This document shows positions 48,704 to 57,146 of a DNA stretch of 58,516 nt, one piece after another. The notes beneath the pieces were generated by a model. It was not told the origin of the DNA and searched no databases. It saw nothing but the letters and a program-made list of their open reading frames with translations. The translations under genes were made by a program, and so were the position numbers. The first letter of the stretch is position 1; each line of letters starts with the position of its first letter. This DNA comes from Rhodospirillaceae bacterium. GTDB lineage: Bacteria; Pseudomonadota; Gammaproteobacteria; Steroidobacterales; Rariloculaceae. The stretch is from NCBI GenBank assembly GCA_024640685.1, contig JAHEEN010000003.1:1-58516 (forward strand), read 5' to 3'.

Positions 48704-49041
48704 TCGATGCGCTCCACGAGAAGCTCGATCTCGCCACCGCATGCGAGGCCGACCGCCCAGGCTTCGTCGTTCGTCACGCCATAGCTCAGATGCTGTCGCT
48801 CGCCGGTGCGAATCGTCGCAAGCGCTGCCTCGACGACGGCACCTTCGACGCAGCCGGCCGACACGGAGCCTTCGAAGCGACCGTCGTCAGCGATGATCAA
48901 GTGACTACCGGCAGGGCGTGGTGACGACCCCCACGTCTTGACGACCGTTGCGATCGCGACGTCGTGGCCAGCCTCGCGCCACTCGAGCGCGAGGCGCAGC
49001 AAGTCGCCGGGTGCCGGGTCGATCGGTGCATTGATGCTCAT
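48700..49041 (-). CDS. XdhC/CoxI family protein, N-terminal half
   Basis: ATVVKTWGSSPRPAG, GSVSAGCVE and GLACGG. Confidence 0.9.
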   Translation of the reverse strand: MSINAPIDPAPGDLLRLALEWREAGHDVAIATVVKTWGSSPRPAGSHLIIADDGRFEGSVSAGCVEGAVVEAALATIRTGERQHLSYGVTNDEAWAVGLACGGEIELLVERIE

Positions 49042-49204
49042 CGCGTGTGGGCCTCGAAGACGGGGTTTGGCTCGCTGGACGCACAGTTTAGCGCGCGTCG
49101 CTTGTCGAAGCATCGAGGGTCGGTCCTCGCGGAATGCGCTACTATTCCGACTTCTAACGACGCGCGTGAGAGTTGCGCCGTCGCAGGATCAATACGGCAC
49201 GAGA

Positions 49205-51712
49205 ATGACTGAGACGCCATTGATGCGTGTGCGCTGGACGCTTGCTGCCCGATTGCTCGTGCGCGACTGGAAGGCCGGTGAAACTGTCGTCCTGTTCGTC
49301 GCGTTGCTCGTCGCAGTCGGCGCGATGAGCGCCGTGGGTTTTTTCACGGATCGCGTGCGACAGGCCGTCACGCAACAAGCCGGCGAGGCGCTCGCGGCCG
49401 ATTTGAGGCTCGAATCGGACAGCCCGATAGATCGCGATTTATTGCCTCAGGCGGCAGCGCTCGACGTCGCGACGGCGGAAGTGACGAACTTTCGCAGCGT
49501 CGTGCTATTCGGCGATGCGAGCACGCTCGTCGACGTGCGCGGCGTCACGGCCGGTTACCCGTTGCGCGGCGAGGTTCGCGTCGCCGATGCGTTGGCCGCC
49601 GAGCCTCGGGCTGCCGATGGCGTGCCCGACCGCGGCGAGGTCTGGGCCGAGCCCAGCCTGCTTGCACGGTTAGGCGCGACTGTCGGCGATACGCTCGACG
49701 TCGGACGTGCACGGCTGACCGTTAGCCGCACGTTGGAGTTTCGCCCCGACGAGGGCTGGCGATTCATGGAGATCGCACCGACGCTGCTGCTCAACCGCGC
49801 CGATATAGAGACGACAGAGCTGATCCAACCGGGCAGCGTCGTCGAGTACCAGATGCTGTTCGCCGGCAGCGAGGGGGCAATCGAGCGTTTCAGGACCGTA
49901 CTCGAGCCGCGCGTCGGAATTGACCAGGAGCTTGATGACATACGCGATGCGCGTCCCGAGGTCCGCTCGTCGATCGAGCGCGCGGAGCGGTTCTTGATTC
50001 TCTCGGCGCTCGTCAGTGTCTTGCTCGGCGGTGTCGCCGTCGCGATGGCAGCGAGGCGATTTCTAACGCGGCATCTCGACGGTGTCGCGCTGATGAAATG
50101 TCTCGGCGCACGGCACCGAGACGTGCTGCGGCTAACACTGACGCAGCTCCTGCTGTTGGCATTGACCGCGGGCGTCATCGGCACGCTGATCGGCTACCTG
50201 GCACAGCAGGGGTTGACGTTGTTGCTCGACGATCTCGTCGAAGCGCAGCTACCGCCGCCGACGTTACGGGGCGCATTCATCGGGCCGATTACGGCGTTGA
50301 CCGTCGCGCTCGGTTTTGCGTTGCCGCCGCTGTTGCGATTGCGCAGCGTCCCGCCGGCGCGCGTGCTACGCCACGATCTGGAGCCGCCGCCACTGAGTTA
50401 TACGATCGTTTACGGCATCGCGATAGCTGCGGTAACGACAATGCTGTATTGGCTCTTCGGTGACTTGCCGCTGATCTCGTACTTGCTCGTTGGTGCAGCT
50501 GCGACCTTCGTGACGCTCTATGGCGCTGGACGCGGGCTCGTGCTGCTGCTGCAGCGTTTTCGAGGTCGTGTCGGCGTCGCTTGGCGCTACGGCGTCGCCA
50601 ATGTTGCGCGGCGCGGCACCGAAAGCGCAGTCCAGGTCGTCGCGTTCGGCATCGGCATCATGGTGTTGTTGCTGCTGACGGTCGTGCGAACACAGCTGAT
50701 GACGAGCTGGCAGGCGACGTTGCCCGACGATGCGCCGAACCATTTTCTGATCAATATCCAGCCCGATGAGCGCGAACGAGTAGCAGCAATCTTGGCGCAG
50801 CACGGAATCGACGCGCCCGAGTTCACGCCGCTCGTGCGCTCGCGTATCAGCCACGTCAACGGTACGCCCATGAGCGAGTACGAGCCCGCCGACGAGCAGG
50901 CGCGGCGCGAGCTCAACGACGATTTAAACCTGACTTGGAGCTCCGAACTCAACGACGACAACGAGATTCTCAGTGGTGAGTGGTGGGCGCCGGACGACCG
51001 ACGCGCGCAGGTCTCGATCGAGGCCGACGAGCTGCTCGACATGGGACTGTCGCTAGGCGATGAGCTCACGTATTCAGTCGCCGGGCAGACCGTGACGGCT
51101 GAAATCACGAGCACGCGCCGCATTCATTGGGATTCGTTTCGACCAAATTTTTTCATGGTTCTGAATCCAGGCGTGCTCGACGGTTTTCCGCAAACATTCA
51201 TCACGAGCTTCTTTGTCGAAGCCGACCAGCGCGCCGTGACGCTCGATCTCGCTCGTGAGCTGCCGAGCGTATCGGTCATCGACATCGATGCCGTGCTCGA
51301 CCAGATGCGGCGCGCGATGACGCGGGCAGCGCTCGCGGTTCAATACGTGTTCCTGTTCACGTTTGCTGCCGGAATCACGGTGCTGCTCGCGGCGATCCAA
51401 GCAACGCGCGACGAACGCCTGTATGAGAGCGCTGTGTTGCGCACGCTCGGCGCCGGCCGGCGCGTCGTTCTGCAGGGGGTTGCGGCCGAGTTCACGGCGC
51501 TCGGCATGCTCGCCGGCACGTTGGCCGCAGTCGGCGCGGGGATCATCGGCTACTTCGTTGCCGGTGAGCTATTCGAGCTCGATTACATCCCGGGGCCGAG
51601 CCTGTGGCTCGTCGGGCTGATCGCTGGCGGCTGCGTCGTCGGGATCAGTGGAACGCTGGCTGCGCGGGGCGTCATTAACGAGCCGCCGGTGTCGACGCTA
51701 CGGCGTATCTGA
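49205..51712 (+). CDS. YbbP-like ABC transporter permease (two FtsX domains)
   Basis: RDWKAGE, YPLRG, PNHFLINIQ and WDSFRPNFF; start 49205 or 49223. Confidence 0.88.
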   Translation: MTETPLMRVRWTLAARLLVRDWKAGETVVLFVALLVAVGAMSAVGFFTDRVRQAVTQQAGEALAADLRLESDSPIDRDLLPQAAALDVATAEVTNFRSVVLFGDASTLVDVRGVTAGYPLRGEVRVADALAAEPRAADGVPDRGEVWAEPSLLARLGATVGDTLDVGRARLTVSRTLEFRPDEGWRFMEIAPTLLLNRADIETTELIQPGSVVEYQMLFAGSEGAIERFRTVLEPRVGIDQELDDIRDARPEVRSSIERAERFLILSALVSVLLGGVAVAMAARRFLTRHLDGVALMKCLGARHRDVLRLTLTQLLLLALTAGVIGTLIGYLAQQGLTLLLDDLVEAQLPPPTLRGAFIGPITALTVALGFALPPLLRLRSVPPARVLRHDLEPPPLSYTIVYGIAIAAVTTMLYWLFGDLPLISYLLVGAAATFVTLYGAGRGLVLLLQRFRGRVGVAWRYGVANVARRGTESAVQVVAFGIGIMVLLLLTVVRTQLMTSWQATLPDDAPNHFLINIQPDERERVAAILAQHGIDAPEFTPLVRSRISHVNGTPMSEYEPADEQARRELNDDLNLTWSSELNDDNEILSGEWWAPDDRRAQVSIEADELLDMGLSLGDELTYSVAGQTVTAEITSTRRIHWDSFRPNFFMVLNPGVLDGFPQTFITSFFVEADQRAVTLDLARELPSVSVIDIDAVLDQMRRAMTRAALAVQYVFLFTFAAGITVLLAAIQATRDERLYESAVLRTLGAGRRVVLQGVAAEFTALGMLAGTLAAVGAGIIGYFVAGELFELDYIPGPSLWLVGLIAGGCVVGISGTLAARGVINEPPVSTLRRI

Positions 51713-51755
51713 GGTAGCGAGCTAAGCGGGCGAGTCATTTGCAGCTAGCAGACCG

Positions 51756-51986
51756 CTAGTGCCAGTGACCGTGCTCCGGCGACCAGACGCGGCCGGCAGC
51801 GCCGCCGGGTTGAACATCGTCGATCGACGTCAGAATGATGATCATGCCGCCCAACAGGCACACGGCGACGAGACCGATGACGACCCGGAGCTGCCAGGAC
51901 GTCTGATTGACCTTCAGCGCACAGCAGCGCTTGTATTTCTTGCCGCTGCCACACGGGCAGGGCTCGTTTCTGCCGATAGCCGCCAA
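51756..51986 (-). CDS. Small SEC-C motif membrane protein with C-terminal WSPEHGHWH (76 aa)
   Basis: TTG start preceded by AGGAG; [18 protein letters not shown] followed by one TM helix. Confidence 0.8.
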   Translation of the reverse strand: MAAIGRNEPCPCGSGKKYKRCCALKVNQTSWQLRVVIGLVAVCLLGGMIIILTSIDDVQPGGAAGRVWSPEHGHWH

Positions 51987-52291
51987 TGCTCTAGCTCCTA
52001 CGCGTCTGCCCAAATCGGGCGCTGACGATGGTACGGGTATCGCATATCTGGGGGAGGCGCACAAGAGTGTGTGTTGGAGATTCGCGGCGTATCATGCTGC
52101 GGCCCCGAAACGGCGGTTCACTCTGGTGACAGTCAGTTCGATCGGGCTCACCTCTATGTAGAATGACGCTGTATATAACATTAATACAACTAGTTACAGC
52201 GTTAATATAATGTATTGCATTAATAGTAGTCCTGAATCTTCGTGCCGTTGGCTTGTAGCTGACCGGCCAATGACAGCCCACCGGCGTAGAG

Positions 52292-53686
52292 ATGGCTGAC
52301 CGCGGCGAGTCACCGGCGTCGCCGTTCCGCGTCCTCGGCGTGCTGTTCGTCGGCGTGCTGATGGGCGCGCTGGATATCGCCATCGTGGGTCCCGCGCTGC
52401 CGGCGATTCGCGTCGAGTTCGGCTTGGATGGTCAGGACCTATCGTGGATTTTCAACGTCTACATCCTGTTTCATCTCTTGGGAGCGCCGATCGCGGCCAA
52501 GCTCTCGGATCGCATCGGCCGGCGCGACGCGTATGTGGGCAGCATCGTCCTGTTCGTGGCTGGCTCGGTGATCGTCGCGACCGCATCGAGCTTTACGGCT
52601 TTGCTCGCAGGACGAGCGATTCAGGCGTTCGGTGCCGGCGGGATATTTCCGGTCGCTGCGGCCGTCATAGGCGATACGTTTCCTGCCGAGCGGCGCGGCC
52701 GTGCGCTCGGACTCGTCGGTGCGGTCTTCGGCATCGCTTTTCTGCTCGGCCCGCTGCTGGGCGGCATGCTGCTGCAGTTCAGCTGGCACTGGCTCTTTCT
52801 GATCAACGTGCCGATCGGCGCCGGCGTGCTGTGGCAAGCGTGGCGAACGCTGCCGACTCGGCGCAGCGCTGCAAAGCGGCCCTTCGACGTGCTCGGCGCG
52901 CTGTGCTTGAGCGCGGTGCTCGCGCTGCTCGCATTCGGTATCAGCGACCTAGGGGCAGCGCGTGGCATTGCAGCGGACGGCTATTTTCGCGGGGGCGCGT
53001 TGTTTGTAGCGGGACTCGTGCTGTTGCCGCTCTTGCGTTGGATCGAGACGCGTGCGACCGACCCTGTGTTGCACCCGGCATTGCTGGGCTCGACCGAGCT
53101 CAAGCTGATCGCCGTCATTGCGCTTGCAACCGGCTTTACGGAGGCGGCGATGGTCTTTCTGCCGTCGATGGCTGTGGCGGCTTTTGCAGTGACTGAGGCA
53201 ACGGCGAGCTTCATGCTGTTGCCGCTCGTTGCAACGTTGATCGTCGGCGCGCCGGCCGCCGGCCGGCTCGTTGACGCGATCGGCGCAAAGACCGTCATTC
53301 AAGGCGGCCTAGCTTGCTGTCTCGCCGGGCTCCTGGCGTTCGGTCTGTTTGCGCTGACGCGCGCGTCGTTCTTTGGTGCCGGTGCGCTGACTGGCTTGGG
53401 TCTGGCCGTGCTGCTCGGCGCGCCACTGCGCTACGTCGTCATGCGGGAGGTGGCCGAGGATCAGCGCGGTGCGGGGCAGGGACTATTGACGCTGTCGCTG
53501 AGTATCGGCCAACTCGCAGGCGCAGCGCTCGTAGGCGGCGTGACGACGGCGCGCGCCGGGCAGTTGAGCGGGTTTCAGGAAGCGTATTTATGGATCGGCG
53601 CCGGTACGGCGATCGTGCTCGTGCTGAGCACGGGCCTCAAATCTGCAGCCGAGCGCAGCCCGGTCGATCGAGCGATCGAATCGTAA
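52292..53686 (+). CDS. MFS transporter, DHA2-like
   Basis: MGALDIAIVGPALP, KLSDRIGRR, GRAIQAFG and LGPLLGG. Confidence 0.9.
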   Translation: MADRGESPASPFRVLGVLFVGVLMGALDIAIVGPALPAIRVEFGLDGQDLSWIFNVYILFHLLGAPIAAKLSDRIGRRDAYVGSIVLFVAGSVIVATASSFTALLAGRAIQAFGAGGIFPVAAAVIGDTFPAERRGRALGLVGAVFGIAFLLGPLLGGMLLQFSWHWLFLINVPIGAGVLWQAWRTLPTRRSAAKRPFDVLGALCLSAVLALLAFGISDLGAARGIAADGYFRGGALFVAGLVLLPLLRWIETRATDPVLHPALLGSTELKLIAVIALATGFTEAAMVFLPSMAVAAFAVTEATASFMLLPLVATLIVGAPAAGRLVDAIGAKTVIQGGLACCLAGLLAFGLFALTRASFFGAGALTGLGLAVLLGAPLRYVVMREVAEDQRGAGQGLLTLSLSIGQLAGAALVGGVTTARAGQLSGFQEAYLWIGAGTAIVLVLSTGLKSAAERSPVDRAIES

Positions 53687-53774
53687 CGAGCCAGGTGTTG
53701 CTGGGCGCTGCCCCTTCTACCCAACACCGGTGTGAGCAGGCAGAATACGCGGGGCAGCTCAGGGGGCACAACAG

Positions 53775-54449
53775 ATGGCGGAGTACTGGATCGCACCGTC
53801 GATCCTATCGGCGGATTTCGCGCGTCTCGGCGAGGAGGTCGACGCGGTGCTCGCGGCCGATGCCGATATCGTCCATTTCGACGTCATGGACAACCACTAC
53901 GTGCCGAATCTGACGATCGGCCCGCTCGTCGCGAAGGCACTGCGCAGCTACGGCATCGACGCACCGATCGACGTGCATCTGATGGTCAAGCCGGTCGACC
54001 GCTTGATTGGCGACTTCGCCGAGGCGGGTGCGACCTATATCAGCTTCCATCCGGAGGCGAGCGAGCACATCGACCGGTCACTGCAGCTCGTTAGGGACTT
54101 CGGCTGTAAAAGCGGCCTCGTGTTCAACCCAGCAACTCCGCTGAGTTGGCTCGAGCACGTCATCGACAAGGTCGACATGGTGCTGCTGATGTCGGTCAAT
54201 CCCGGGTTCGGCGGGCAGCGCTTCATCGAGGCGACGATCGACAAGCTCCGTCAAGCCCGGCAGCTGATCGATGCATCGGAGTTACCGATTCGCCTCGAGG
54301 TCGATGGCGGCGTTAAGGTCGACAACATCGGGCGGATCGCCGCGGCCGGAGCCGACACGTTCGTCGCCGGATCGGCGATCTTCGGCAGCAACGACTACGC
54401 GGCGACAATTGCCGCGATGCGCGGCAACATTGCCGCTGCAATGGGCTAA
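53775..54449 (+). CDS. rpe: Ribulose-phosphate 3-epimerase
   Basis: [32 protein letters not shown] and VDGG. Confidence 0.98.
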   Translation: MAEYWIAPSILSADFARLGEEVDAVLAADADIVHFDVMDNHYVPNLTIGPLVAKALRSYGIDAPIDVHLMVKPVDRLIGDFAEAGATYISFHPEASEHIDRSLQLVRDFGCKSGLVFNPATPLSWLEHVIDKVDMVLLMSVNPGFGGQRFIEATIDKLRQARQLIDASELPIRLEVDGGVKVDNIGRIAAAGADTFVAGSAIFGSNDYAATIAAMRGNIAAAMG

Positions 54450-54461
54450 ACGACTGGGTTT

Positions 54462-54599
54462 TGCTATTCTCGCGTGCCCTGATGACTGGCGTCGGCGAGC
54501 CTAACGTGCGCGGCGACGCCTTCCGAGTTGAGCGCAGCACACGGTCACAGCCATAGGCTCGTGAGCCTGCTATCGGCTAATGCGTTGGAGTGAGGGCAT
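54462..54599 (+). promoter_or_regulatory. Extended -10 promoter and candidate structured 5' leader of thrA
   Basis: TG-C-TATTCT followed by several complementary segments, one of which covers the RBS region. Confidence 0.4.
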
Positions 54600-57074
54600 T
54601 TGACCTGGACCGTCCATAAATTCGGTGGTAGCAGCCTCGCGGATGCAGCGTGCTTTAGACGCGTCGCTGGCATCGTCCGTGATCAGCCAGACGGCGATCT
54701 CGCGATCGTCGTCTCAGCAATCGGCGGCATGACCGATGCGCTGCTCGACCTGATCGCTGCGGCAGCGAGCGACCGCGACGCCGGCCAGCAGATTGCGGCG
54801 TTGCGCGAGCGCTATACGGGTATTACGACGGAACTCGTCGGAGCCGAGCGAGCGCAGCCTTTGCTGGCACAGTTCGAGCAGGACGTCACCGATATCGAGA
54901 GCGTGCTGAAGGCACTTGCGCTAGTCAGAACGGCGTCTAACCGCAGTCGTGACATGGTGTCGGGCTTCGGCGAGCTCTGGTCGGCGCGACTGCTGGCGAC
55001 ATTACTGGCCGGCGACGGCCAGCGCGACGGGGGCGTGCTCTGCGTCGATGCGCGCGACGTGCTGGTCGTCGAGCCTGGGGAGATGGGCGTCGCCGTCGTC
55101 TGGGACTTGGCCGAGGCACGTTGCCGAGAGGCGATACCGAGCTCGTTCTCAGGGGTTGCCGTCATCACCGGGTTCATTGCGCGCGATCGCGACGGCTTGC
55201 AGTCGAACTTAGGCCGCAACGGCAGCGACTACTCGGCGTCGATATTCGGCGCGCTTCTCGGTGCCGGTGCCGTGCACATCTGGACAGACGTCGAGGGCGT
55301 CATGAGCGGCGATCCGCGACGCGTGCCGGAATCGACCGTCATCGAAGAGATTTCGTACAACGAAGCGATGGAGCTCGCGTACTTCGGCGCGAAAGTCATT
55401 CATCCGCAGACGATGGCGCCAGCCGTCCGTCACAACATTCCGATCCGTATACGTAGCACGTTTCGACCCGACTATGCGGGTACGCTGATCAGTGCAGCGC
55501 CGCGTGCGGGCAAAACCCTGATCAAGGGTATTACCGGCATCGACGGAGTCGCACTGATCAATCTCGAAGGTGCCGGCATGATCGGCGTGCCCGGGACGGC
55601 CGACAGACTGTTCGGTGCGCTGCGCGAAGCGTCGATATCGGTCAGGCTGATTTCCCAAGGCAGCTCGGAGCACTCGATCTGCTTTGCCGTTGCCGAGGAT
55701 TGCGCCGATGACGTCAAGCGCCTCGTCGAGCGGGCGTTCGCGAACGAGCTCGCGCAGGGCCAAGTGCAGAATGTCGACGTCACGAAAGGCTGCGGCATCA
55801 TCGCTGTCGTCGGCGATGGGATGGCCGGTCTGCCCGGCACGGCCGGGCGCTTCTTCAAGACGCTCGGCAACGCCGGGATCAACGTCCGTGCGATTGCCCA
55901 AGGCGCGTCCGAACGCAATATCTCGGCCGTCATCACGGCCAAGGACATGACTCGGGCGCTGCGGGCCGTGCACGGTAGCTTTTATCTGTCGGCAAAAACC
56001 GTATCGATCGGCTTGCTCGGCCCTGGCTCGGTCGGCTCCGTGCTGCTCGATCAGATGGCCGCTGCGACCGAGCGGTTACGCGACGACTTCAGCCTCGACC
56101 TGCGCGTTCGTGCGATCGGCAGCAGCCAGCGCATGCTGTTGCACGAGCGGCGCATCGACCTCGCCGACTGGCGTGAGCCGTTCGAGCGTGCCGAGACTAT
56201 CGATCAGTCACGCCTCGTCGATCACATCCAGGCCGATCACTTGCCGCACGCGGTGCTGATCGACTGCACGGCGAGCGAAGACGTGGCGCAGCGCTATGCG
56301 GAGTGGCTCGCTCGCGGTATCCATGTGATCACGCCGAACAAACGGGCGCACAGTGGACCGTTGGCTGACTACCGGGCGCTGCGGGATTTGAGCCGCAACT
56401 CGAGTGCGCATTTTCTCTACGAGGCGACTGTCGGCGCGGGTCTGCCCGTGATCCAGACACTCAAGGACCTCGTCGAGACCGGCGATCAGATCGTCAGCAT
56501 CAGCGGGATTTTCTCCGGCACGTTGGCCTACCTGTTCAATATTTTCGACGGGACGCGGCCGTTCTCGGATATCGTCCGCGATGCCCGCGAGCGCGGTTAC
56601 ACGGAACCCGATCCGCGCGACGATTTGTCGGGAATGGACGTCGCGCGCAAGGCTGTGATTCTCGCGCGCGAGGCCGGGCTCGACCTCGAGCTGGCCGACC
56701 TGCACGTCGAGAATCTCGTGCCGGATTCGCTGACGGAGGGCTCCGTCGATACGTTTCTCGAGAAGCTCAGCGACGTCGACCAAGCGATGGCTGAGCGCGC
56801 GGCTGCCGCGGCCGCTGACGACAAGGTGCTGCGGTACGTTGCCAACATCGACTTCACGGCCGGCACGGCGCGCGTCGAGCTCGCGACGTTCGAGCGCGAT
56901 CATCCGTTTGCAAACATCAGCTTGACCGACAACATCGTGCAATTCGAGACGCGCCGATACTGCGACAATCCACTGATCGTCCGCGGTCCCGGCGCGGGCC
57001 CGGACGTGACGGCCGCGGGCATTTTTGCAGATTTGCTGCGTCTGTGTAGCATGTTGAGCGGCAGCCATGACTGA
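54600..57074 (+). CDS. thrA: Bifunctional aspartokinase/homoserine dehydrogenase I
   Basis: HKFGGSS, LGRNGSDYS, two ACT domains, YEATVGAGLP and GYTEPDPRDDLSG. Confidence 0.96.
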   Translation: MTWTVHKFGGSSLADAACFRRVAGIVRDQPDGDLAIVVSAIGGMTDALLDLIAAAASDRDAGQQIAALRERYTGITTELVGAERAQPLLAQFEQDVTDIESVLKALALVRTASNRSRDMVSGFGELWSARLLATLLAGDGQRDGGVLCVDARDVLVVEPGEMGVAVVWDLAEARCREAIPSSFSGVAVITGFIARDRDGLQSNLGRNGSDYSASIFGALLGAGAVHIWTDVEGVMSGDPRRVPESTVIEEISYNEAMELAYFGAKVIHPQTMAPAVRHNIPIRIRSTFRPDYAGTLISAAPRAGKTLIKGITGIDGVALINLEGAGMIGVPGTADRLFGALREASISVRLISQGSSEHSICFAVAEDCADDVKRLVERAFANELAQGQVQNVDVTKGCGIIAVVGDGMAGLPGTAGRFFKTLGNAGINVRAIAQGASERNISAVITAKDMTRALRAVHGSFYLSAKTVSIGLLGPGSVGSVLLDQMAAATERLRDDFSLDLRVRAIGSSQRMLLHERRIDLADWREPFERAETIDQSRLVDHIQADHLPHAVLIDCTASEDVAQRYAEWLARGIHVITPNKRAHSGPLADYRALRDLSRNSSAHFLYEATVGAGLPVIQTLKDLVETGDQIVSISGIFSGTLAYLFNIFDGTRPFSDIVRDARERGYTEPDPRDDLSGMDVARKAVILAREAGLDLELADLHVENLVPDSLTEGSVDTFLEKLSDVDQAMAERAAAAAADDKVLRYVANIDFTAGTARVELATFERDHPFANISLTDNIVQFETRRYCDNPLIVRGPGAGPDVTAAGIFADLLRLCSMLSGSHD

Positions 57075-57146
57075 AGCGTCGTGTCAGAGACCCGCGGTGG
57101 CTGCCGTGCGCTTGCGTCCTTGAGTTAACGTATCTGGGAGGTCCGT

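Noticed and set aside
52169-52199. LexA/SOS box (CTGTATATA...ACAG)
   Set aside because: The spacing between CTG and CAG is far longer than the required 10 bp.
54482-54556. thrL-type attenuator peptide
   Set aside because: Only two Thr codons, no Ile codons and no terminator U-tract.
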